Below are positions 1-13,660 of a DNA stretch of 64,000 bases, in pieces. The notes under the pieces are model-generated. The model ran no database searches and was not told where the DNA came from. It saw nothing but the letters and a program-made list of their open reading frames with translations. The number at the start of each line of letters is the position of its first letter. The stretch's first letter is position 1. The stretch comes from Octopus vulgaris (Eukaryota). A program made the position numbers and the translations under genes. Where the stretch lies: assembly GCA_951406725.2 (NCBI GenBank), contig OX597835.1, forward strand, positions 4,030,001-4,094,000, read 5' to 3'.

Positions 1-56
1 ATAGTTATATATATATATATGCATGCATATACATATATGTGTATATACACACATAC

Positions 57-87
<31 letters not shown>

Positions 88-96
88 GCATATGCA

Positions 97-132
<36 letters not shown>

Positions 133-869
133 AATATTTATAGACGTATAACATGTATATATGTATGTATTGATTATTGATATGCAATGACAAAATCTAT
201 TCACACCAGGATTCTACACACATCGAATATGATATTTATTGAAAGTCATGAATGATAACAAAACATTACTTTGAGCTGCCTCAGAATATATGGATATGTT
301 ACACACACATTATATCTGATATTACATCATGCTATATCTCCACATATCACATGTATACTTCATGTAGCATACACTACCTCACACTACGTTATACTCTACT
401 TCTATGTATCACATAGCATGGTTTATTATATTTTCTGATAGCGCTTACCACACGACACATGGTACTATACTCCCAGCTACATTATGACACATCCTACTAT
501 ATTTATAGCTGCCACATGATGCATCATACTAGACATCAGCTTCATTTATAACCACATGGTTTATTATTTTGAGCTAATTCATATCACATTGAACACCAAA
601 CTCTACCACATGGGACACATTGTACTGTTCTATTAACAGACTAACACCAACCATGTGGTAGCAGTAGACCACATGTGGTGGGGTGTCTACCTAATCCACC
701 ACTTGTTTCTTTGAGTTCCTTCACCACTCTGTTGCAATTATTTTGACCAGATCCTTGTTTTTGGAGATCCTATCCTTTCCTTCGCCAGTTCTCAAGGCCC
801 TGAAATGCATTATGGCCACCGACCTTCCTCCTCTCACCAAAACCATAAAAAAATAAATGAAATACAGTA

Positions 870-1140
870 TTATTAGCTGCCACATGTCATCTCATACAAT
901 ATTTCAAGCTGCTACATGCTACACAATTCCATATTTCTAGCTGCCACATGTGACACCACCTTGTAATTATCCAGCTGCCACATGGTAGTCCCACACATTA
1001 TTTCTAGTTGCCACATGTCATATCACAATATTTCCAGCTGTCACATGTCACACCATTTTACATTTCTCGCTGCTACATGTTACACCATTTTATATTTCCA
1101 GCTGCTACATGTTCACACATGCTATATTTTCAGCTGCTCC
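870..1140. repeat. Degenerate ~32-bp minisatellite, about 9 units (atttccagctgccacatgtcacaccattttat-like)
   Basis: gctgc(c/t)acatg core recurs at about 876, 908, 940, 974, 1007, 1038, 1069, 1101 and 1133. Confidence 0.75.
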
Positions 1141-1596
1141 CACCCTATATAACCTTTCCCACATGTAATATTTCTGGCTAACACAGATTCCTCATCACAT
1201 GGTTTCAGTACTCCCTGCCAACATGTTAAATATTTCTGATTATCAACGGAACTTTGTTACTCCAGTGAAATACTATGAATGCAATTTGTGAATTCAGCGA
1301 TTATGGGACCCTTCATGGGGGTCACATGATAACACACACTAATCCTTATAGTCTTAATTAGTGCCTGGAGTGACACAGACTTGAGTTGGCAATTATAGTT
1401 TTGTGTAAATGATTAGGGAATTTAAGAGAAATAGTTCCAAAGACTTGTCAGCAGAAGGAAATGTGTGTCAAGAAGAATGCCCTGTTGTAGAAAGCCGACT
1501 TCAACAAATAGGGTCTGACCCCTGCAGACTTGGGAAAGGGGACATTATAAAGATGCTGCTGCAGCTGCTGGTGGTGGAGGATAATGGTGATGGTGA

Positions 1597-1629
<33 letters not shown>

Positions 1630-2651
1630 ATAATGGTGATGGTGATGATGGCAGTCTAATGTTAGTGTAGCTCACCACAATAAGTAAGTGTAAGAATGGT
1701 CGGAGTCTGAGACAAGCCCGGAAGATTGATTTAGTGCTTTTCTGGAATTGAGCCGTTATAAATATTTCATGGTTTGTATTCATATCTCCTTTAGTTCTGA
1801 CAATTTCAAAGTAACAATGGAGTGAGCCAATGTTAATAAAACACATCACATCAGCAAAGTATTTTACTAATTTTTTACTTGTTTCAGTCATTTGGCCATG
1901 CTGGAGCACCACCTTTAGTCGAGCAAATCGACCCCAGGACTTATTCTTTATAAGCCTAGTACTTATTCTATCAGTCTGTTTTGCCGAACCGTTAAGTTAC
2001 GGGGAAGTAAACACACCAGCATCGGTTGTCAGGCGATATTTGGGGGACAAACACAGACGCACAAACATATACACACACATACATACATATATATACATAA
2101 ATACGATGGGCTTCTTTCAGTTTCCATCTACCAAATCTACTCACAAGGCTTTGGTCGGCCCAAAACTATAGTAGAAGACACTACAACTAAGGTGCCACGC
2201 AGTGGGACTGAACCCGGAACCATGCAGTTCGTAAGCAAGCTACTTACCACACAGCCACTCCTACGCCTATTTTCCTAACATTCTTTTGGAATGAAGTTAA
2301 AAAACAGGTTTGAAAAATGGCAAAAGAACTGGACAAGTTGTTTAAAAAAATAAAACAAAAATTATGGTGGAAAAAATTGTTTGAAAAAATGTGTTGTACC
2401 AGGATTTTAACTGGACTTTAAAATATAATTTTAATATTAAAATTAAAATTAAATTTTATTTGAACTGATTAAGACGGAATAAGAAATGCATCACAGCCTA
2501 ACAACAACAACAGTTTATGGTTTGGCATCAAATTTGGAAAATGATTCAAAGTGGCAGAATTTAACAAATGATTTATATGAACAACAGCTGAACAAGGGAT
2601 GAATAATATGTGTGTGTGTGTGTATAGATATATCAAACAACTGAACAAGGA

Positions 2652-2692
<41 letters not shown>

Positions 2693-2786
2693 AATAAATA
2701 AATGGAGTTTAACGCAGGTGTAATCAAATATTTTTACTTTCGACACATGTTTCCGTGTTAATTGTTAACAAGGTAAAAATACACTC

Positions 2787-2850
<64 letters not shown>

Positions 2851-2908
2851 ATGTGTGACACAGTTGAATGAAGTCCAAGTTATATATACACCACAACTGA
2901 AGAAGGAT

Positions 2909-2964
<56 letters not shown>

Positions 2965-3673
2965 GTGTATGAAAGTGCTTTTCTGATAATTTCTCCACTT
3001 TAATAATCGGATGTTTAAAAGTTGTTAGGTGTTTACCCCTAAAAACTTAAAGGCATCAGAAAAGCCATTTCTATTCATTTTTTTCAAATATATAACACTG
3101 TACTGAGGACTTGCTTTCTCTTATTCTATTATACATACATACATACATATTTTTATATATATATATACAGATATATAGATTGGCCTATCAAGAAGGTATA
3201 TACAATTGACTAAAAATTCTAAAGCGTGTCATAACTGAACCGTGGCAATGAACTCCCAAAATGGCCAGAGATGTGTTTGACTTGATGTTGTGGAACTCCT
3301 TTTGCTCCTGGACTCCAATGTACCATGGTTTTTATGAAACAAACTTTCTCAACATATTTTTTTCTTTTTTTCTTTGAGGGGAGTAAGAAAAATTTTTTTA
3401 GTTGATAAATATTTTATTTTATTTAGATTTTTAGTCGCATGACACGCTTTAGAATTTTTAGCCAATTGTATGTACGTTCTCGATAGGCCATTTTTTTATA
3501 TCTGTATTTTTATTCACATATATATTTTTTTATCTTCTGTGTTTTTTTATATATGTATACTTTATATGTTGAAAGGCCATGGCAATATTTATATATGATC
3601 AAATGTTTGGAGGCGTGGTGTTACATATAAAGTCATTGACTCGAATTTGATATTTGTTCTCTGATCAACGTTT

Positions 3674-3750
<77 letters not shown>

Positions 3751-4180
3751 CCAGTAATGTAATATAACACTGGTGAAAGAAGTGAGTTATCACGTTTCAC
3801 TCATTACAAATTGTTACAGAGTCAACGAGTAAAGAGGTCACTTGATTCACAAATCTTATCAAATGCTCTTATTGCATGTGAGGAGATATTGTATCAACCG
3901 AAAGAATGAGGTGAGGCTACCAAGATTAGAGTCAAGCAGGGATGTTGCTTTTCTTAGTAGTCGATCTTGTGAGATGTTGGTTAGCTTAAATCAGGCCAGG
4001 TCGTTAAAAGGTCAGTTAAACAAACAGGTGGTATGGAGTTTGCGGTATTTTACTGAGTAAATCTAAGCTTACAAAGAAATAAGTCTTGGGGTCGATTTCA
4101 GCTAATAAAAACCCTTCAAGGCGATGCTCCAGCATGGCCACAGTCAAATGACTGAAACAAGTAAAAGAATAAAGGAATGC

Positions 4181-4230
<50 letters not shown>

Positions 4231-4252
4231 ATATATGTATGTATATATGTAT

Positions 4253-4353
<101 letters not shown>

Positions 4354-4366
4354 TAGATAGATAGAC

Positions 4367-4405
<39 letters not shown>

Positions 4406-4924
4406 GATAGATAGATATAGATATATATATAGATTGTTGCCCGTTGGGCTGTGTAGTGAGATAAAAATCAGGACCTTTAGACTGGGAAATTAAATTTTAA
4501 ACTTTTAAACTTTTTACTTTTGAAAGCTCCAAAAGACGAAAAAGAATGAATTTATAATTAAGAGGAGGGAATAATTAAGTCATGACAGAGTTATGTCCCA
4601 TTGAATGCTTTACCCAGAGACACAGAAATATCTAAATACTTCATCCATACACAGCTTTTATCTTTTACTTGATTCAGTCATTGGAATACGGGCCATGCTG
4701 GGGCAACATCTTGATGGGTTTAGTCCAACAAATCGAGCCCAATGCTTATTTTAAAGGCCTGGTTTTTAATCTATCGTTTTTGACTTTTGCTGAACTGCGA
4801 TCTTAGGGGGGCGTAAACAAACCAATACAACTTGACACACACACACACACACACGCGTGCGCGCGACGGGCTTCTGTCAGTTTCTATCTATCGAATCAAC
4901 TTACAAGGCTTCGGTTGCCCCCCC

Positions 4925-5057
4925 CCACACACACACACATACATACGTACATAATACTTACATACACACACACATACATACATACAAACATACAGGCATA
5001 CATACATACATACATACATACACACATACATACATACATACATACAAGCATACATAA

Positions 5058-5088
<31 letters not shown>

Positions 5089-5350
5089 TACATACATACA
5101 TACAGGCATACATACATACATACATACATACATAAATACACACATACATACATACATACATACCTACATACACACACACACACACATACATACATACATA
5201 CAGGCATACATAAATACATACATACATACATACATACATACATACATACATACATACATACATACATACATACATACATGCATACATATATACATACACA
5301 CACACACACACACATACATACATACATACATACATACATACAAGCATACA

Positions 5351-5384
<34 letters not shown>

Positions 5385-5487
5385 CATACGTACATACATA
5401 CATACATACATACCTACATACACACACACACACATACATACATACATACATACATACATACATACATACATACACACACACATACAT

Positions 5488-5520
<33 letters not shown>

Positions 5521-5561
5521 TACATACATACATAAATACATACATACATACATACATACAT

Positions 5562-5592
<31 letters not shown>

Positions 5593-5688
5593 TACATACA
5601 TACATACATACATACATACATACATACACACACACATATATACATACGTACATACACACACACATACATACATACATACATACATACA

Positions 5689-5720
<32 letters not shown>
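4925..5720. repeat. (TACA)n/(CA)n compound microsatellite
   Basis: Direct reading; source of the MYVC/HTYI ORFs. Confidence 0.95.
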
Positions 5721-6000
5721 GACAGACAGATCCATGTCATCACTGGAACTGTAAAAACTTGTATATCTTTTCAGAAGTATGTCATTTAAGTGCATATGCA
5801 CAAGTCTAGTCATGCAACCATATGCACGGGAACACATCAAACGAAACATACAAAGCTGCACGTGCACTGACTTCGAACGTTGCACACTTACAAATATGCC
5901 AAAATACCCTGTTGATGTTAGGGGGGAATAACTTTTAATGAAACTATTGATGGGTTGTTTTATCGTAGTTGTTTCCCTTAACTCGGTGAGTGCGTGTGCA

Positions 6001-6057
<57 letters not shown>

Positions 6058-6546
6058 ACACACACACACACACATGCATGTATGTAGGTATGTATATATA
6101 TATATATATTAATAATTTTTTGGGAATATAAAATTTCAAACTTATAAGGAAAAATTCAATTTAACAATTCTAAATCAAATTTCACAAAATATAATATATG
6201 TATATAATTGAGAGAAATAACCTTTATTGTCAATATTATCTATATTAAATCATATAGAAAAAATTTTAATATTATAATAAATAATATTCTAAAAATCACT
6301 AAAATAAATAAAAATATTGAATTGCTTAACAGAGGTTATTTCTCTTAATTATATACATATATTATATATATATATACATACTCTCTTTTACTCCTTTACT
6401 TGTTTCAGTCATTTGACTGCAGCCATGCTGGAGCACCACCTTTAGTCGAGCAAATCAGCCCCCAGGACTTTTTCTATCGGTCTCTTTTGCTGAACTGCTA
6501 AGTTACAGGGACTCAAACGGACACACAAACATATACACACTTATAC

Positions 6547-6589
<43 letters not shown>

Positions 6590-6590
6590 C

Positions 6591-6677
<87 letters not shown>

Positions 6678-6853
6678 TAGGACGGGCTTCTTTCAGTTTC
6701 CGTCTACCAAATCCAGTCACAAGGCTTTGGTCGGCCTGAGGCTATAGAAGAAGACACTTGGCCAAGGTGCCATGCAGTGGGAATGAACCCGGAACCATGT
6801 GGTTGATAGGCAAGCTACTTACCACACAGCCACTCCTGTGCCTATATATATAA

Positions 6854-6921
<68 letters not shown>

Positions 6922-7522
6922 AAACAGTTTGATTCAAATTCATTGGTACTCTTGAGTTTCAAGCATGATGCTAGTCATCAGCGATTTTGAATTTGAATGA
7001 CAGATGCTGATTGTTATTCCCATAAGGTGGGCTGCGATTCGTCGAGGAAGGTCATGCAGTGTCATGGCTTGATGTTAGTATAAGGGTAACAGTTAATTGT
7101 GCACAGTTAGGTGCCAAGCAGAGGACTGAACCCAGAAACATGAGGCTGGAAAGCTAGCTTCTTACCACACAGCCGCTTCTGTATGTCTATTAATATTTAG
7201 AGGAAGCAACCGAATAACTCAAGGTCCAAGAGCTTCCTGTGCTAGTTTGATAAGTGCCAACGCATTATTTTGATAAGTGTTAACATATGAAATTCTCAGA
7301 CCTTGCTTCCGCTAAATATTAATAAAAATGCACGCATATTCATATCTTGAGTTCTATCTTCTCTGTTTGCACCACCATACCTATATATATATATGTGTAT
7401 ATATATATGCGTGTATATATATATGTATATATATATGTATATATATATATACATATATATATATATGCATATATACATACATACATACATACATACATAT
7501 ATGTATATATATATATACATAC

Positions 7523-7641
<119 letters not shown>

Positions 7642-8983
7642 GCTTCTTTCAGTTTCTGTTTATCAAATCCAAATCTACTCATACAGTTTTAGGAGGCCCA
7701 TATCTAAATCTACAGTGGAAGAGACTTGCCCAAGTTGCCATGCCGAACCTGGAACTATATTGTTGGGAAAGAAAACTTCTTGGCACACAAACACACACAT
7801 ATATAGTTATCCTAGCTACCATTGGTTTCATGTTAAGAAAGGTATATTTCTTGAAAATTATCAATCCTGCGACATTGGTGTTTGTTTCCATCTTAGAGTG
7901 TTTTCATTCAAGATGGAAACAACCCCCCCCCCCTGCATCCCATGTAATATGCTTGATAATTTTTAAGAGATATATCATTCTTAACATGAAACACACACAT
8001 ATGTATGTATAAGTGGCACTCTGAAGAGGGTTCCAGTTGATGCAATCAATGGAACAGTCAGCTCGTGAAATTAATGTGCAAGTGGCTGAGCACTCCACAG
8101 ACATGTTAACACAGTTCTGAGGGAGATTCAATGTGACACAGAGTGTTACAAGGCTGGCCCTTTGAAATACAGGTACTACTCATTTTTGACAGATGAAGGG
8201 ACTGGAGTGAAGTGAAATAAAGTGTCTTGCTCAAGGTTGCAACACATTGTTGGGAATTGAACTCATGATCTTCTGATCATGGGCTGAATAGCCTAACCAC
8301 TAAGCCACGTGCCTTCACACACACACACACATACACACACGCACATGCATGCACACATACATGCACACATACACACACGCATACACATGTACATGCGCAC
8401 ACACATACACACGTGCATATACACACACACGCATCCCACACAGACACACACACACGTTACATTTATATCTGCTGAGTTTGGATCCCTCTGCAGTTGTTTT
8501 ATAATATATATTCAAGTGTGTGAGAATGTCACTCTGTCTGTCTGTCTGTCTCTCTATATATGTGTGTGTCTGTGTTTTGTATAGCCGAGCGTGCATTCGT
8601 GCCTCCTGCCAATCCCAGTGTCTGCAGCACAAAGCGATGGATGTTCACCAGTCTGTGTCTCTACCGTCACATAACCTCAATAATTCCTCTCATGGCATAC
8701 GGTGTCCGGGCTTTCCCCCATTTCCCATCGAAATCATTTCCTTATCTACATAAAACTGCCAAATCAAAAACAGAAAATTGAGAACTACATACTTTGATTT
8801 TTACCCTGTTTTTTTTTTTTTTTTTTTTTTTACTAACGCCTACCAGTCTCTCTGTCTGTGTGTCTGACTGTCCATCTGTCTCTATAGACTTATATTTCAT
8901 CTGGGTTTTATGGTTGTACCTATATTCAGTTATTTGATTCAAATATATTTGCACTGATATTTATGTCAATAAATGCACTTTAA

Positions 8984-9203
8984 CCCTTCGGCAAACAGAT
9001 TACTCGGTCAAATGTAATGCTTGTTTATTCACATTGTTTTGAATTAATCAGGCATTATCTAATTGAGTCAAGATGTCTATGACGCAGTTGTGTATTTTTT
9101 AGAATGACATTGCAGGGTAAGTGTAAGAGACCAGATCTGCTGGCTTGGATATAAAACTGGAAGAATACTTTGGTTGGATATGGCCAGAGTGAATGCTAAA
9201 GGG
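8984..9203. mobile_element. piggyBac-type MITE, second family
   Basis: TTAA-CCCTT...AAGGG-TTAA; homologous in opposite orientation to 60304-60522; a degenerate copy lies at about 15120-15350. Confidence 0.75.
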
Positions 9204-9486
9204 TTAACCTGCATTTATATATATTTCTTATTTCTTTATTACACACAAGGGGCAAAAACATGGAGGGGACAAACAAAGGGATTAAGTCGATTACATCGAC
9301 CCCAGTGCATAACTGGTACTTAATTTATCAGCCCTGAAAGGATAAAAGGCAAAGTTGACCTCGGCGGAATTTGAACTGAGAACATAACGGCAGATGAAAT
9401 ACTGCTAAGCCTTACGCCCGGTGTGCAAACATTTCTACCTGCTCGCCTTATATATATATATATACACACATACATACATATATATA

Positions 9487-9525
<39 letters not shown>

Positions 9526-9638
9526 TTCTGTATGTGTATGAATAGTTATATGTGTCAATTATGTACCTATATAAATACATATGTTTAAATCTGCATATTT
9601 CTAGGAGTAACTTCTCAACTTCAAACTGTATTACATTC

Positions 9639-9720
<82 letters not shown>

Positions 9721-9723
9721 TAT

Positions 9724-11112
9724 ATCATCATCATCATCATCATTTAACGTCCGTTGTCCATGCTGGCATGGGTTGGATGGTTTGACTGGAGCTGGCAAGT
9801 TGGAAGGCTGCACCAGACTCCAGTCTGATTTGGCATGGCTTCTATGGCTGGATGCCTTTCCTAATGCCAACCCCTCCAAGAGGGTAATGGGTGCTCTTTA
9901 CATGTCATTTGCATGACACCAGTATCTGCCACAACTACGATTTCACTTGGCTTGATGGGTCTTCTTCTCAAGCATGACGTAAAGCCAAAGATCTTAGTCA
10001 TTGCCTCCATGGGGCCCAACACTCAAAAGGAGCTTTTCATGTGCCACCAGTATCAGCCTCTTTACCTCCGTCAGGTCCAATGCTTGAATGGTGTTTTTAT
10101 GCCCCACCAGCATTGGTGCCTTTTACATGACACCAGCATCAGCCACAACTACAATTTCACTTGGCTTGATGGGTCTTCTCAGGCACAGCATATCACCAAA
10201 GGTCTCAATCACTAGTCATTGCTTCTGTGGGGCCCAAAGTTCAAAGATCATTCTTTACCACCTTGTCCTATGACTTCCTGGGTCTACCTCTACCACAGAG
10301 TCCCTGCACAGTTAGAGATCGGTACTTCTTTACACAACTGTCCTCATCCATATGCATCACATGACCATACCAGCGTAGTCATCTCTCTTGCACACCACAC
10401 TTTTCTCTCAAGATGTTTATACTCTGCTGAACATGCACACTGACATTGCACATCCAGCAAAGCATGCTGGCTTCATTTCTTTCAAACCTACACAAGTCCT
10501 CGGCTGTCACAGCCCATGTTTCACTGCCATGTAGCATAGCTGTTCACACAGCAGCATCATACAATCTACCTTTCATTCTGAAGGAGAGAGGCCCTTTGTT
10601 GCCAGCAGCGGCAAGAGCTCTCTGAACTTTGCCCAGCCTAATCTTATTCTCACAGCCATGCTCTCAGAACATCCACCTCTGCTTCTAACCAGGTCACCTT
10701 GATAATGGAAGCTACCTGCTACCTCTAGCTTATTCCACTGGCAGTTGATGGAGTCTATTTTCTGTACATTTTTGGTGTTTATTGCACCTGTGCATCTACC
10801 ACACACAAAAGCTATTTTCCCTGTTAACCTTCCTTTGATATTGCTACACCTCTAATGTGTCCATAGCTTACACCAGGTACATCTTATATATTTTCTACCT
10901 ATACCTTTCCTACAGATTGAGCAAGGCCACCAACTTGAAGGGATTTGTGATTTGTATGCCTTTTTACTTACTAAGACTTTGGTTTTTGCTCGGTTAACTC
11001 TAAGGCCCTTTGATTCTAGACCTTGCTTCCATACCTGGAACCTCTTCTCCAGTTCAGGTAGTGATTCAGCTATAAGAGCAAGGTCATCAGCATAGAGGAT
11101 CTCCCAGGGGAA
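9724..11112 (-). mobile_element. 5'-truncated, degenerate RTE-clade LINE (RT C-terminus, 3'UTR, (ATG)n tail)
   Basis: PWEILYADDLALIAES (YADD at 11083-11094), GLRVNxxKTK, AVRIRLGWAKFRELLPLL; (CAT)n tail at 9724-9743. Confidence 0.85.
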
Positions 11113-11193
11113 GCCTGTCTTAATACATATGTGAGTGTGTGTATATTCAAATGCATTCTAAAATAAGCATGTACTTCATTTTCTATATATATG

Positions 11194-11240
<47 letters not shown>

Positions 11241-11245
<5 letters not shown>

Positions 11246-11571
11246 TTGAGTTTCTAAATCTCTCGTAGAGAGTGTATGGTGGTGGAGCGATATAATATAC
11301 TGTCAATCTAACAAGAACGTGACAGTGGGAGTACACCACCGTTATATAGCCTAGGAGCATCGAACGCCTCTGACAGCTCGACACATTTTATCCTGTGTCC
11401 TTATATACACATATAAGGACACAGGATAAAATGTGTCGAGTGTCAGGAGCGTTCGATCTATATAACGGTGGTGTACCCCTACTGTCACGTTCTTGTTAGA
11501 TACAGTATACAACCATTATATCGCTCCACCACCATACACTTCTCTACGAGAGATTTAGAAACTCAATATTT
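11241..11571. repeat. ~330-bp imperfect palindrome between two (TA)n tracts
   Basis: Arms of about 165 bp mirrored around 11408 (…tcctgtgtccttatat-acac-atataaggacacagga…). Confidence 0.9.
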
Positions 11572-11624
<53 letters not shown>

Positions 11625-12916
11625 TATATATATATTTGTTATTGGTACAGGGTTAAACAATTTCTGCTCATTCTCCTGATTTCAATTAATGTGTATCAGT
11701 GAAAAATTTGTGGTTGTAGTCGTCATCTGACTGTTATTTTTAGCGTGCTGGTGCCACTTGTATATTAACTATTAATATATATATTTTTGAATTCAAATGG
11801 ATTCACTCCAATTTAATGACTCTGAGGAAGTCATCGGGATGTTTCACAAGTAGTCAGCTCGTAGTGTATTGCTTCTTATAGCAGAAACAACTGTGTGCTA
11901 TTGAAGGTGATAACATGATTCCTGTTCTCTTGTCATTCATTAACTAATATTACGCTCTGTACTCTCTTAATACCTTGTTCTAAACACAAGTAAATTGAGC
12001 TCTAGCAACTCTTTTTACTTGTTTCAGTCATTTGACTGTGGCCATGTTGGAGCACCACCTTTAGTCGAACAAATCGACCCCAGGACTTATTCTTTGTAAG
12101 CCCAGTACTTATTCTATCGTGTGTTGCTTATTCTATATGTGCTGGTGTTTGTTTAAGCAGATCTACTCATGTATGTATGTATGTATGTATGTATATGTAT
12201 GTACACACACACACACACACAGTCGCAGGCATCAGTTGCAATTAAGTCAATTAATGTATGTTACTATGGAAACGAGGAGGAGGAGAGAAGTTGCTGAATT
12301 GCACAACTGTGAGTGGAGAGGTCAGCGTTGGACATTCAGTCGCTTACTCTGCACTTTAGTGGGATTAAAGGTCAAATTATTTAACCTGATATCTGGAGGG
12401 AGACATGAAAGACTGGCTGCTAGAAATAGCAACCAAATCTCCTTAAAATCACTTCTTCAAATATGGCAACTCAATATGTATATAGGAATAAGTCACTTCT
12501 AGATATACCGATACATGATACCTTAAAAACTGTACTGAAGCTTGCTAGGTGGATTGTACCCAGAATTAATTAGGTACAACTTCATGGATTGTATTTGGAA
12601 TTAATGTTGGGCAACCTAGCTACATTGATTCTGTATGAAATGTGCCCAGGGACACTCAGCCATTTATTGATTCAGGAGAAGATAACTCAGTTGATCAAAC
12701 AGCTGAATCCTTATTGTCAAATGATCAGGGATCCTCCATACATACATACATACATACATACATACATACATACATACATTTTACCATCATGGAACATGGA
12801 CGTTAAATGGTGAAATGATGATGCTAGCATGGAAAACATTTTAATGATGATGATGATAATTATATATATAGATATGTATGTATGTATGTATGTATGTAAT
12901 ATATGTGTATGTGTAT

Positions 12917-13660
12917 GTCATTATTTAGTTTTATTTCAAGATTTCTTACCAATAGAGAAAGAACCGGTTTCTAACCTAGATCCAAGGCTCCTTCATTGGA
13001 ATTTCAACATCAACAACAGAGTATTTTTGTTTGTTTGTATGTATGTATGTATGTATGTATGTATGTATGTATGTATGTATGTATGAATGTATGTATGTAT
13101 GAATGTATGTATGTATGTATGTATGTATGTATGTATGTATGTATGTATGTATGTATGTATGTATGTATGTATGTATGTATGTATGTATGTATGTATGTAT
13201 GTATGTATGTATGTATGTATGTATGTATGTATGTATGAGTGAGTATGTATGTATGTATGTATGTATGTATGTATGTATGTATGTATGTATGAGTATGTAT
13301 GTATGTATGTATGTATGTATGTATGTATGTATGTATGTATGTATGTATGTATGTATGTATGTATGTATGTATGTATGTATGTATGTATGTATGTATGTAT
13401 GTATGTATGTATGTATGTAGATTTGTATGTTTTGTTTTAGGTATGTATTCCCATGCTTATAGTTGCATATTTAAATGATAAACTTCTGGAAAGTTTTACA
13501 TATTTTTACAGTTCCAGTGATGGATTGGATCTGTAGTCTTCAAATCAGCTTTCTCTTTTCTGGCTTTGAAAAGCCTAATTCCTCAAGATTGGTATTTAGG
13601 CAGCATGTTACATATCCCAATGTCCCAATAATTACTGGTATCAACCTGATCTTGTAATTT
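12917..13660 (-). mobile_element. 3' end of an R4/Dong-like RLE element with (TACA)n inside its 3'UTR
   Basis: YKIRLIPVIIGTLGYV..NLEELGFS..LQIQSITGTVKICKTFQKF*; a related 3' piece lies at 5737-5920 (+). Confidence 0.7.
13037..13418. repeat. (TATG)n microsatellite
   Basis: Direct reading. Confidence 0.95.

Noticed and set aside
2731-2790. Minus-strand GATGA-gtgt...acac-gGAAAC-atgt-GTC hammerhead-like string
   Set aside because: The 5' CU of the core and stem I are missing at the (TA)n junction; too incomplete to call.
4857-6071. Long ORFs (up to 391 aa) of MYVC/HTYI repeats, and similar YI, VC, poly-D/M/H/N/T ORFs across the window
   Set aside because: They are translations of stop-free microsatellites, with no splice or homology support.
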